Positions 11,852 through 24,210 of a stretch of DNA of 48,078 bases are shown here, in pieces. Made by a program: the position numbers and the translations under genes. Position 1 is the stretch's first letter; the number at the start of each line of letters is the position of its first letter. The stretch comes from Octopus bimaculoides (Eukaryota): assembly GCF_001194135.2 (NCBI RefSeq), contig NC_069002.1, forward strand, positions 5,796,612-5,844,689, given 5' to 3'. The notes under the pieces were generated by a model. The model was not told the origin of the DNA and did not search any database. It was given only the letters and a program-made list of their open reading frames with translations.

Positions 11852-13254
11852 GATCTGCAAAGAGCGGAGGCCACCATATATATATATATATATATGTATA
11901 TANNNNNNNNNNNNNNNNNNNNNNNNNNNNNNNNNNNNNNNNNNNNNNNNNNNNNNNNNNNNNNNNNNNNNNNNNNNNNNNNNNNNNNNNNNNNNNNNNN
12001 NNNNNNNNNNNNNNNNNNNNNNNNNNNNNNNNNNNNNNNNNNNNNNNNNNNNNNNNNNNNNNNNNNNNNNNNNNNNNNNNNNNNNNNNNNNNNNNNNNNN
12101 NNNNNNNNNNNNNNNNNNNNNNNNNNNNNNNNNNNNNNNNNNNNNNNNNNNNNNNNNNNNNNNNNNNNNNNNNNNNNNNNNNNNNNNNNNNNNNNNNNNN
12201 NNNNNNNNNNNNNNNNNNNNNNNNNNNNNNNNNNNNNNNNNNNNNNNNNNNNNNNNNNNNNNNNNNNNNNNNNNNNNNNNNNNNNNNNNNNNNNNNNNNN
12301 NNNNNNNNNNNNNNNNNNNNNNNNNNNNNNNNNNNNNNNNNNNNNNNNNNNNNNNNNNNNNNNNNNNNNNNNNNNNNNNNNNNNNNNNNNNNNNNNNNNN
12401 NNNNNNNNNNNNNNNNNTTTCAGGGTTATTTCCCTTCGTCGGCGTTCGATAGCTGCTGACCTTGGTGAGAGAGACAAAAACCTGGCAATCTTATATCTAC
12501 TTTTCCAGTGAAATTCTTCACTTATATCGAAAAGGTGAAAACAAGCAATGTTAATTCTCTAAATGAAGTATTAACAGTAACTGCACGATAAAGTGTAGTA
12601 TATTGCCACTTAAGTGTGGCTGACCCCTAGGGGTGGATGTTACATATATATAATATAATATAATATAATACAATATAATATAAGTAATATATAAATATAT
12701 GCATATATACATACATATATGTACATACCTACATATATATGTGTATATATACATGCATATACGGGTACAAGACATCAAAATGATGAACAAATGAGAAACG
12801 AGAACATAAAAACAACAAAAGCATAAAAAACGAACTTTTTTTCGAACAACGAAAGAAACAAATAGAAAAACGAAGACAGGCGACATAAATAATAATCCCC
12901 TCATCAGTTGTCCCCTGTTTTATCTACTCCACGTTTCATTTATTTATTTATATATCTTTTTAAATACCTTGTTTTAAAAAGAATAATTAGATTAATGATT
13001 AAGTAATTAGTAAGAGAAAAATTCTTTATTTAGAGAAAGGTGTCCCCATGGAGAATGGTATAAAATATTTATGGTTGTTTTATAGTTCTAGAGAAATGGA
13101 AATGAATTTTATTTCATGTCTATTTTTATTTTTTATCTTTTTTTTTTTCAGCATATTTGGAAATTGTTAAATTCCATGACTGCTAGACTCAACCGAACAA
13201 TCTTTCACCGGATGTGAGAGTGCGCGTGTGTGTGAGAGTGCGCGTGTACTTGTG

Positions 13255-13795
13255 CAGGTGCCCATTCGCTATGTGTGTGTGTATGTATGTGTGAGTGTGT
13301 GTGTCTGTGTGTGCGTGTGCGTGTATGTTTGTTTATAAACACACATATACGCCCTCACTCACACTTACATGCACACACACGCATACATTTATATATATAT
13401 ATACATACATATTTGTGATAGGTATACAATGCATGTGTTTTGCTATAAATTAGCACGCGCGCGCGCTTACACACAGACAGACAGACAGACAAAGAAATAT
13501 ACATACACACGCACACATATATGCATACATACACACACACATGCACGTACACGCACACATACATATATACATACATACACATACAAATCCATACATACAT
13601 ACAAGCACACATACACACACATACATACACACACATACATACATATATACACGCATATACACATACATACACACATACACATACATATATACATACAAAC
13701 ATACACACACATATATACATACATACACACACATACATACACACATACATACATACATACATACATACATACACACATACATGCATACATGTGCG
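13255..13795. repeat. Compound (CA)/(TACA)/(CATA) microsatellite block
   Basis: Directly visible; source of several spurious His/Thr/Val/Cys-rich ORFs. Confidence 0.95.
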
Positions 13796-14339
13796 ACCAG
13801 CAAGAAAAAATTGTCCCACTATAGAAATTAGGATATTTTGTATAAGATTAAAAACTACAAATGAAAATAATACTACTAAGTTCTACCCCCAATTCCTCCC
13901 TCCTGGCCATAAATTACACCCAGGGGGAATCAAGTGCCATTCCGGTTGAGAAGAATTCTTCGCTAACCAGAACACGCTTTCTCCATTTGATAATCAACGA
14001 TAGCTCATACCAGATCAGCTCACATCGATGAGTCACTTCATTTTTCATGCTTTCCATGGCATTGAATCATTCTCTAACCGTTTGATATACAATATCATCA
14101 CCACCATCGCCAACACTACCATTATCATCATCATCATCATCATCATCGTCATCATCGTTATCAGCATCATCGTTGTGGTTATCAACAACACTGCCGTCGT
14201 CTTCGTCGTCTTCTTCATCATAGCATAACTCGCCTTCTTTTTATCGCTGAGTCATTCAATCATCCTGTGGTTGCGAGTCATTGGCTAACTGCTAATGTGA
14301 CGTCACGGATGCTCACCTCCCCCCACTCCGTCAACACTG

Positions 14340-14510
<171 letters not shown>

Positions 14511-14899
14511 ATTCTTTCTACTATAGTCACAAGGCCTGGATGGAATTTGTGGGGNNNNNNNNNNNNNNNNNNNNNNNNNNNNNNNNNNNNNNNNNNNNNN
14601 NNNNNNNNNNNNNNNNNNNNNNNNNNNNNNNNNNNNNNNNNNNNNNNNNNNNNNNNNNNNNNNNNNNNNNNNNNNNNNNNNNNNNNNNNNNNNNNNNNNN
14701 NNNNNNNNNNNNNNNNNNNNNNNNNNNNNNNNNNNNNNNNNNNNNNNNNNNNNNNNNNNNNNNNNNNNNNNNNNNNNNNNNNNNNNNNNNNNNNNNNNNN
14801 NNNNNNNNNNNNNNNNNNNNNNNNNNNNNNNNNNNNNNNNNNNNNNNNNNNNNNNNNNNNNNNNNNNNNNNNNNNNNNNNNNNNNNNNNNNNNNNNNTG

Positions 14900-15215
14900 A
14901 CTAGCCAGAGATGATTTTTAAAATGAGAATATCTGAAATAAACTCGATTTCTCTCACAGACGAGAATACTAAAAATGAACCTGACCGCTTTCAAAAATGA
15001 AGGAAAAAAAAAAAAAAAGGAAAAATAATCCAGAATCCTTGTCCGGTACCGGATCGATACCAAAATCTAATCAGTTTGTGCCAGTCACGAGGCCAAACGT
15101 CCCTGAAAGTTTAATTCGAATCCATCCAGTGGTTCTTGAGATATCTTGTCCACGGACAAGCAAACAAACACAACTGAAAAACAATCCGTCTGCCTTCGCG
15201 AAGGCGGAGGTAATA
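14900..15215 (+). mobile_element. Probable Helentron-associated non-autonomous element (HINE/DINE-1-like), 3' part
   Basis: Internal CAAAATCTAATCAG motif, short (AAAC)n, and a terminal stem-loop with a perfect 14-bp palindrome GCCTTCGCGAAGGC (15192-15205) followed by GGAGGTAATAAT. Classification is by architecture only. Confidence 0.5.
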
Positions 15216-15414
15216 ATCCATTCTACTATGGGCACAAAACCTGGAATTTGTGGGGAGGGGACTAGTCGGTTGCAACTGGTACTTAATTTATCGAACCCGA
15301 AAGGACGAAAGGCAAGATCGATCTCGACAGAATTTGAACTCAGAACGTAGCGGCAGACGAAATACCGCTAAGCATTTCGTCCAGCATGCTAACGATTCTA
15401 CCAGCTCGCCGTCT

Positions 15415-15446
<32 letters not shown>

Positions 15447-15990
15447 ATAATAATAATAAGAAGAAGAAGAAGAAGAAGAAGAAGAATCCTTTCTATTAAA
15501 GGAACAAGGCCTGAAATTTGGTGGGAGGGGATAAGTCGATAACATCTACCCCCAGTGTTTCACTGGTACTTAATTTATCGACCTCGAATGATAAAAATAA
15601 TAACAACAACAATATTATCAATGATGATGATGATGACGACGACGACGATGATGATGATTCTTTCTGTTTATAAGCACAAGACCCGAAATTTGTTGGAGTA
15701 GGAGATAATCGATTACATCGACTGGTACGTGTTTCATTTACCCCGAAAGGATGAAAAAACAAAGTCGACCTCGGCGGAATTTGAACTCAGAACGTAGAGA
15801 CGGACGAAATGCCGTTAAACATTTTGCCCGACTTTGGCGTCTTTGTTTCCACCCATCAAATCCACTTACAAGGTTTTAGTCGGCCCAGGACTGCAATAAA
15901 AAATTACTTGCACACAGTAACATGCAATGGGATTGAACCCAGAAAGATTTGGTTGAGAAGCAAACTTCTAACCACACAACCACATCTGCG
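15215..15990 (-). mobile_element. Cluster of minus-strand SINEs: family A (about 15215-15415, 15490-15600, 15660-15830) and family B head (about 15835-15990)
   Basis: Reverse complements of the family A and B sequences, separated by (TAG)/(AAG)/(GAT) tails. Confidence 0.8.
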
Positions 15991-16569
15991 GCTATTTCAA
16001 TTTTATTTAATTGGGTAACATTGGATTAATTCTATTGACGAAGTTAATGGGATTAAGTTGTAATTTAATGATTGTCTCCCTTAGCTGCTAAGGAACACCA
16101 ATAGTTACTTCCCTTATTGTCCTTATCCGTTTTATAAGGGAAATAATTTACATTCAAGAATATAGAATGATGATGATGGTGGCTGCAAGGCGATGGGGAG
16201 GAAGACGAGCGATTGTACGAGTTAAAAGAATTCAGACATTCCTTAATGGTATTAATGTTGTCAGGGAATATCTTCTGGAAGGAGCGATAATATCGGAAAG
16301 TTCCGAAATCTTTGTGATCTCCAATCAAAGTTAATGAAGAGAACGTCTTACAGGAAATTAATTATATATTATACATGGGTGCTTCTCAGCCTTGTGTAAG
16401 ACCTGCTCAGAACATTGGCCTTCGTTCTTTCCTTCACCAACTGCTGGCTTCCTTAAGAATATTGCTAAACACGACGCCGTCGGCTTCAACATCGTGATCG
16501 AAAGGTGGCCAGCTAGCCCGGCCCAACCGTGACCGTGCCAGACAAAATGCATAGCGATGTTTCTTTATG

Positions 16570-16890
16570 TTCCAAGTTCAAATGCGGCCGAGGTAAGTCC
16601 ACTTCGCCTTTCATCCTTTCGGGGGTCGATTAAATAAGTACCAGTTTCACACTGGGGTCGATGTCATTTGCTAGCATCTTCTTCCAAAATTTCCGGGCTT
16701 GTGCTTAGTTTTTTATTCGTTTCAGTCATTTGACTGTGGTCATGCTGGAGCACCGCCTTTAGTCGAGCAAATCGAACCCAGGACATTCTTTGTAAGCCTA
16801 GTACTTATCATATCGATCTCTTATGCCGAACCGCTAGGTTACGGGGACGTAAACACACCAGCATCGATCTCAAGCGATGTTGGGGGACGC
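16570..16890. mobile_element. Family A fragment (+, about 16570-16710) abutting a family B tail (-, about 16710-16890)
   Basis: Similarity to other copies in the window. Confidence 0.75.
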
Positions 16891-16912
16891 ACACACACAC
16901 ACACAAACATAT

Positions 16913-16947
<35 letters not shown>

Positions 16948-17676
16948 TGGGAGAATTTACGAAAATAAAAAACCCAATAGACGAAGACAGGTGGTATAAA
17001 CAACAAATGGATGTATTAGTTTAACACTCAGGAATAGAGAAAGTCTTTGACGTTTCGAGNNNNNNNNNNNNNNNNNNNNNNNNNNNNNNNNNNNNNNNNN
17101 NNNNNNNNNNNNNNNNNNNNNNNNNNNNNNNNNNNNNNNNNNNNNNNNNNNNNNNNNNNNNNNNNNNNNNNNNNNNNNNNNNNNNNNNNNNNNNNNNNNN
17201 NNNNNNNNNNNNNNNNNNNNNNNNNNNNNNNNNNNNNNNNNNNNNNNNNNNNNNNNNNNNNNNNNNNNNNNNNNNNNNNNNNNNNNNNNNNNNNNNNNNN
17301 NNNNNNNNNNNNNNNNNNNNNNNNNNNNNNNNNNNNNNNNNNNNNNNNNNNNNNNNNNNNNNNNNNNNNNNNNNNNNNNNNNNNNNNNNNNNNNNNNNNN
17401 NNNNNNNNNNNNNNNNNNNNNNNNNNNNNNNNNNNNNNNNNNNNNNNNNNNNNNNNNNNNNNNNNNNNNNNNNNNNNNNNNNNNNNNNNNNNNNNNNNNN
17501 NNNNNNNNNNNNNNNNNNNNNNNNNNNNNNNNNNNNNNNNNNNNNNNNNNNNNNNNNNNNNNNNNNNNNNNNNNNNNNNNNNNNNNNNNNNNNNNNNNNN
17601 NNNNNNNNNNNNNNNNNNNNNNNNNNNNNNNNNNNNTAAATACTGCAAGGCATATTGTCCACCAATCCACTACTCC

Positions 17677-17709
<33 letters not shown>

Positions 17710-18110
17710 CCTTTCTACTATAGGCACAAATGCCCAAAATTTTGTGGGGAGGGGGCTAGTCAGTGCATAGCTGGCACTTATTTTATCAACCCTGAAAGGA
17801 TGAAAGGCAAAATGGACCCTGGTGGAATTTGAACTCAAACATGATGAGGACAGACAAAATTCCATTAAGGATTTTACCTGGCATTCTGTCAGCTCACCGC
17901 CTTAATAATAATAATAATAATCTTTTTTACTATAGGCACAAGGCCTGAAATTTAGGGAGAGGGGACTAGTTGATTACATCGACCCCAGTGTTTCACTGGT
18001 ACTTAATTTATCGAACCCCCAAAAGGATGAAAGGCAAAGTCGACCTCAGCGGAATTTGAATGCAGAACAAAAATAGACAAAATGCCTCATGCTAACGAAT
18101 CTGCTTAATT
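17710..18110 (-). mobile_element. Two family A SINE copies (about 17710-17900 and 17925-18110)
   Basis: Reverse complement of family A core and B-box (GGAATTTGAAC). Confidence 0.8.
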
Positions 18111-18158
18111 GGTCCTTTATGTTGTCAACCTCAAGAGAATGAAAGGCGAAGTGGAGCT

Positions 18159-18373
18159 GTGACAGGGTGCTGAAAAGTTCCTAGCTTTAAGAGTATCGCA
18201 AAAGGCCTGGTTGGAGGCCCATCCTTCCGAGTTCTTTTACAGGGGCTTAGAAAAGGGCCACTGTAATAAATGTGTGAATCTGAGAGGGGAATATGTTGCA
18301 TAAAATCATAATTACCCGATCTGCTCATATTTTTTTTTACCCAAAGCCAAGAACTTTTCAGCACACCCCCGTA
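18159..18373 (+). mobile_element. Mariner-derived MITE (internally deleted), copy 1
   Basis: Imperfect TIRs GGGTGCTGAAAAGTTCCTAGCTT / AAGCCAAGAACTTTTCAGCACACCC. Interior retains the transposase C-terminus (...CNKCVNLRGEYV). Confidence 0.7.
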
Positions 18374-18934
18374 CATAGGATTTGAACACAGAACATCAAA
18401 AGCTGCAAGAAGTACTAAAAGGCAATTTGTCCAGTGTTCTCGGAATTCTGTGAATCCATCCCCGCCCTAAATAATAAGGAATGTTGCTAATATAGGCACA
18501 AGACCAGAAGTTTGTAGAGAAAGGAAGAAAAGGTTTATAACCATCCTCAGTACATGACCAGCGCTCAATTTTTATCAATTCCAAAAGGATGAAACGTAAA
18601 GTCCACCTTGGCAGTATTTGAACTTAGAATGTTACAGGAATTATGAAATGCAAACAGAGAAACGGAATGACAATAAATAAATGACAAATGTTAGCAAAAG
18701 AGGCGAAAATGATGACATGAAGGAAATGAAGGGGGTGGGGAAGAGGGATGGTGGGAGGAGAGGGATGGTGGGAGGAGAGCAAGAATATAAACCGATGTAC
18801 TTTGCCTGGTGATTTGTGTGTAGGGTCTGTTTGTGTTGAATTTAACCATTAATGTATTGCCAATTTCATATGCCTTCCCCTATTTAACATCCATTTTCTC
18901 ATGCCCAATTGGGCTGAGATGTGTGTGTGTGTGG

Positions 18935-19230
18935 AGGGGCTGTATGGTAAGAAGCTTTGCTTCCCAACCACATGGTTCCGGGTTCAGTCCCACCGTGTGG
19001 CACTTTGGCCAAGTGTCTTCTACTATAGCCTCGGGCCGACCAAAGCCTTGTGAGTGGATTTGGTAGACGGAAACTGAAAGAAGCTTCTCGTATAAATATA
19101 TGCATATATGTGTGTGAGTATGTGTGTGTGTGTGTGTGTTCCCAAACACCACTTGACAACTGGTGTTGGTGTGTTTATGTCCCCATAACTTAGCAGTTCA
19201 GCTAAAGAGACCGATAGAATAAGTATCAGG
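18935..19230 (+). mobile_element. Family B tRNA-derived SINE (head, microsatellite spacer, partial tail)
   Basis: A-box-like GGCTGTATGG, B-box GGTTCAGTCCC, then GGATTTGGTAGACGGAAACTGAAAGAAG. Confidence 0.85.
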
Positions 19231-19277
19231 TTTAAAATGATTTAAAAATTGGGGTGTGTATATACCCACACACACAA

Positions 19278-19430
19278 TGGGCTTCTTTCAGTTTCCGTCT
19301 ACCAAATCCATTCACAAGACTTTGGTTGATCCGACACTATAGTAGGAGACACTTGCCCAAGGAGCCACACAGTGGGACTGAATCCAGGGCCATGTAGTTG
19401 AGAAGCAAGCTTCTTACCACACAGCCACAA
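19278..19430 (-). mobile_element. Family B SINE head, inverted relative to 18935-19090
   Basis: Reverse complement of the family B head. Confidence 0.8.
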
Positions 19431-19656
19431 TGTTTTCCAAAATGGTGTGTTGTGGTCTGAGGTAGATTTGGCTGCTATTTCTAGCAGGTTAAGTGACTAC
19501 ATATGGCTCGCTTTTCATATGATGTGAATTAGCAGGTGAAGATAGGCTAAAGAGTGGACCAGATCCTTAAATATTTAGGGTGGGGCTGGAATGTCTAGGA
19601 CTGGAATATAAGGACAACCCCTCCGATGGTCTCCTAAGTGACACCCTAGGGCAAAT

Positions 19657-19730
19657 ATCTCCCAACCATCAGGCCACAGACCAGTACCAAGCTGTGGATC
19701 ATTTGGTACTGGGCCACACAGAAATAAAAA
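19657..19730 (+). mobile_element. Possible hAT-Charlie (MER1-like) terminal fragment
   Basis: TCCCAACCATCAGGCCACAGACCAGTACCAAGCTGTGG...GTACTGGGCCACACAG resembles the left end of Charlie/MER1-type elements as I recall it; not verified. Confidence 0.35.
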
Positions 19731-20285
19731 ATGTTTAAAACTTTATTTCTGTTTTAACTCTACAGCCGTATTTGGCCTAAATATTTCTAAAAGTTTCAAG
19801 AATTTCGAGAATATTCTGGCAACATAGATGGCAGTATAAATACAAGCTCAACAGTTCAGTTAACTTCTAGCTGTCCAAGCAGAGACAAGTTTGAGAAAAG
19901 TAAAGTTTGAAGGAGATATTAGCCATTTTTCATTAATTTTTAGGGGTAAACAAAGAGGAAATAACACTTGCTACCCAAGGACAAAAACCATATTACACAG
20001 TGTAATTACAAATAACTTTACAGTGTAATTATAGGTAATTTTAATGCAGATCCTACACCAATGCACCCATCAATCCAACTGCAATTAAGAATATTATTAA
20101 AGATCATCAACAATCTCTATAGTGAGTACTACAAGCCAAAGGTGAGCCTCCAGGTGGATGCTAATCCTGTCAGAAATAGCAGCCAGATTTTCTTCATATT
20201 GTTTCATTTGTTGTCTGTAAAATATAAACACTGGATAATTTAGTACTAGATCTACAAAAGATGGAAGAGACTGCTTAGTTATCTT

Positions 20286-20912
20286 GAGATTTAGCTGCTA
20301 TTTTTAGCACATCAATCAGCCCCGTAGAGGTTGACTTGTCTAAAGATTTGGCTGATATTTCTAACAGCTCAATACACCAGGTAGAGACTCCTGCATTGCA
20401 TCAACTTTGGCTGCTTTTTCTATAAGGTTGAGCAATAATGTAGAGCCTCCTTCAATACAATATTTGGTTATTATTTCTAGCAGGTCAATCAACCATGTAA
20501 AAACTCCCTCATTACCTCGAAATATGACTGCTCTTTTTATTATGCTGATCAATCATAGAAAGGATCCATCAGTTACAAAATTTGGCTGCTATTTCTACCA
20601 GGTCAAACATGTAGAAGCTCCCCCATCTTACCATGAGACACTGCTGCTGCTCTTTCTAGCAAGTTAATCGACCACACAGGCACTCTCTCACTGCCTCAAG
20701 ATATGGCTATTACTTCTACTAAACAAAATGATCATGTAGCACATTTACCTGCTATTTCTACCTGCTCAATCAAACATGTAGAGGCTCTCATATTGACTTG
20801 AGATTTAGCTGTTATTTCTACCAGATCAGTCAGCTACACTCAAACTCACACATTCACTCAAGTATTGGCTGCTATTTCTAGTAGGTTGAGCAACCATGTA
20901 GAGGCTCCCAGT
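20286..20912. repeat. Degenerate tandem array, 11 units of about 57-60 bp (one of about 42 bp)
   Basis: Core ATTTGGCTGCTATTTCTAGCAGGT starts near 20288, 20345, 20404, 20461, 20521, 20580, 20640, 20700, 20742, 20802 and 20862. A second motif CATGTAGAGGCTCC is present in most units. Confidence 0.85.
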
Positions 20913-21374
20913 TTCACTCATTAGTGAGTTAATTGGATGTTCAATATGTCACCCATTTAGCTATTTTTTTAGACATTCTTTTATTTCAAAACGGATTTCA
21001 TTTATGGAAGTTCTTTGCATTTTTCTCCTTTTTTTTTTTTTTTTTTAAAAAAAAACCCAAAAAAAACAGCAACAAGGAAGAATTTTTAACGGCACCAAAC
21101 TGGTCGTATTTAAAAATGAATGAAGAAATGGCAAGAGAAAAAGACCCCTGAAAATTGTGTTTAATCACCCCTTTCTGGGCTGAAACAGAAAAAAAANNNN
21201 NNNNNNNNNNNNNNNNNNNNNNNNNNNNNNNNNNNNNNNNNNNNNNNNNNNNNNNNNNAAAAAAAAAAAAAAAAAAAAAATTCTAAGTATTTAATCTGTG
21301 CGTCCCCTTTAAAAAAATGGGGCTCAAAATGAATCTGAACACACACGCACATGCACACACACACACACATATAA

Positions 21375-21562
21375 ATGAAGGGCTGCTGAAAAGTTCCTGA
21401 CATTAAGGGTATTGCGAAAGGCCTGGTCGGAGGCTCAACCTTCCAGGTTCTTTTACAGGGCTTAGAAAAACTGAAGGACCGCTGCAATAAGTGTGTGAAT
21501 CTGAGAGGGGAACCTCCTCTATTTTCATTTACCCAAAACCAGGAACTTTTCATCACCCCTTG

Positions 21563-21564
<2 letters not shown>
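21375..21564 (+). mobile_element. Mariner-derived MITE, copy 2
   Basis: TIRs GAAGGGCTGCTGAAAAGTTCCTG / CAGGAACTTTTCATCACCCCTTGTA. Interior encodes LEKLKDRCNKCVNLRGE. Same family and orientation as 18159-18373. Confidence 0.7.
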
Positions 21565-21602
<38 letters not shown>

Positions 21603-21740
21603 CATACATACATACATATATATACATACATACATATACAAATATATATATAAATACATACACACACACACACACACACAAATATATATATATACATACA
21701 CACACACACATATATACATACATACATACACACACACAAG

Positions 21741-21772
<32 letters not shown>

Positions 21773-21815
21773 CATACATGCATACATACACACATATACA
21801 CACAATTGACTAAAA

Positions 21816-22038
21816 TTATGGAAGGGAAGAATTGCTTATCACTAAATTGGTACCTTCAATTTCTACCAACTCATACACCCATTTACGATTGCAGCGACAC
21901 TCCGTGCCACATTTCTCGGAGCCGCATTTGCGGCATGGAAAATGACAACCAGGGCAGTCCTCATCCAAGCAGTCGCAGACGTCTTTGCTGTTATCAAGAA
22001 GTCGCCCTGCTTCGTCGTACATCTGGTTCTTTTTCACA
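21816..22038 (-). CDS. ARL14EP: ARL14EP-like exon 3 (ARF7EP_C domain)
   Basis: VKKNQMYDEAGRLLDNSKDVCDCLDEDCPGCHFPCRKCGSEKCGTECRCNRKWVYELVEIEG: the characteristic 9-Cys ARF7EP C-terminal motif. Confidence 0.93.
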
Positions 22039-24161
22039 CTGAAAAGAAAGGGGGAAAATAAAAAGAGAAAAAAGTGAGACAAATAAAAACTAGAAACAGA
22101 AATTAAGTCCTCCTTCTCTAGCATATATTAACAGAGACAGAAAACCAGCTCCTCCTCTTTCATCATGGATTGACAGTCAAAAATTAGTTTCTCCTCTTTC
22201 TCTTTCTCTATTATACCATAAGAGAAGCAGAAATAAACACACTACCATTGAACTTATAGTGATTAATTAAAAGTGAAACGAAGATGAAATGATAACGAGA
22301 ACAAATGCTTACTTCTCTCTATATATTCTGCGATTCATCTTGCGCATTTCTCTTGCACTCCGTTCTGGATCAAAATCTTCCATAAATTTACCAGGATTTG
22401 CAAAAGAGAGCATTTTTAGTTGTTTACTAACACTCTGCAAAAGAAAGAAAGAAAAGGAAAACATTGAGAAATAAATAGAGAGACACAAAGATGGATTTCG
22501 CAATGGTTCAGACGAAAAAAAACTATTTGCTACACCAACTCCTTGTACTAGAATGGCATAACTGGCTGAGTAGTCCAAAGTTGTATAGGAATGTCCAATG
22601 GAAAAGCATAGCTATATTTGAATTAGGATCCCGGTTCATTTCGGGTGTCCCCTATAGTATAAATAGAGCGTGGCCGTTGCCAGTACCGCCTGACTGGCCT
22701 TCGTAGGATTTTCGAGTGAGATCGTTGCCAGAGCCCCTGAACTGGCTCCTGTGCGGGTGGCACATAAAATACACCATTTTGAGCGTGGCTGTTGCCAGTA
22801 CCGCCTGACTGGCCTTTGTGCGGGTGACACGTAAAAGCACCCACTACACATTCTGAGTGGTTGGCGTTAGGAAGGGCATCCAGCTGTAGAAACTCTGCCA
22901 AATCAGATTGGAGCCTGGTGTTGCCATCTGGTTTCACCAGTCCTCAGTCAAATCGTCCAACCCATGCTAGCATGGAAAGCAGACGTTAAACGATGATGAT
23001 GATGAACTAAGTGTAGTGTATATTTAAAAAAGATTTTTTTTTTGTACATGAGAATGAAGTTAAACTAGAGGATATAGTGTATAAAGGACTGCTGGAATGT
23101 AACGTAAACAAGTATTAAAGGTGTAGCAATACTTAAAGAGAGAGAGAGAGAAAAAGCTACATGAGATGGAGTTGTGTTTGTGTAAGAATTAATATTCGTT
23201 TGTATGTATTAAGTGTAAGGTAAAAACAAGTAAAAAAAAAAACAGAAAAAAGAAGCCTAGTACTTATTCTAACAGTCTCTTTTTTCAAACCCCTAGTCAC
23301 AGGAATGTAAACAAACCAGCATCGGTCATCAAGTGATAGTGGGGGAGCAAACACAGACACAAATACACACACATAAACGACGGGTTTCTTTCAGTTTCCA
23401 TCTACCAAATCCACTCACAAGGCTTTGATCGGCCGAAGATATAGCAGGAGACACTTGCCCAAGGTGCCACGCAGTGGGACTGAACTCGGAACCATTTGGT
23501 TGGGAAGCAAGCTTCTTACCACACACCCACACCTGTGCTTATAGGGGACGTTAACAATTCAATTAGAAATAATTATGCAATGAAGCCAAAAAAAAAAAGA
23601 TTTTGACTAACATTATTACAACCACTTCAACTAGTATGGGAGACAACTCCATACATGCTTTACCCTTATGACATCATCAGCACTTGCACAACATTTACTA
23701 CATTGCCTCTCCACTTATTGTCTCACCTCTATTATTGCATAAATCAATGTTCCACTCAATTTCCTGTCCTCCCCCCTCTCTCGCTTTCTCTCTTCTTACA
23801 ACTATTCTACCAATCACTCACTTGAACCACTCCGCTTCTCGAAGAACAACGAGAAGCTTGTTCAACAAGGTCGTTTGACCTGCTAGAAGTAGCAATCAAA
23901 TTTCTCTCAAATCACACCATATCACCTTAACAGAAAGGAAGGTTGTAGATAGAATGAAGACCTATGTCTGGAAAAAACACATAGTGATAATAATAAAAGA
24001 TAGAAGTTTATGACAGAGTGTCTTTTATATTAAACTGTAATCGATCGGGGCTGATAGTCTAAACAAATAACAAAATCATAAAACGACACATGAACACATC
24101 ATAAACAAGGGAGATAATTTGGAATTTTCCTAAATATACATACATGAATATGTTTGTATGA

Positions 24162-24210
<49 letters not shown>

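Noticed and set aside
13355-13949. His/Thr/Tyr- or Val/Cys/Met-rich ORFs (also 1569-2073, 21161-21805, 31977-32325, 37129-37637)
   Set aside because: Translations of (CA)/(TA)/(TACA) microsatellites.
16330-16560. GC-richer unique stretch with a possible TTACAG acceptor
   Set aside because: All frames are short or stop-interrupted and I recognise no motif; nothing supportable.
20286-20912. CRISPR-like appearance of the repeat/linker array
   Set aside because: Eukaryotic context, no cas genes, degenerate repeats, linkers related to each other, and the core matches a dispersed genomic repeat.
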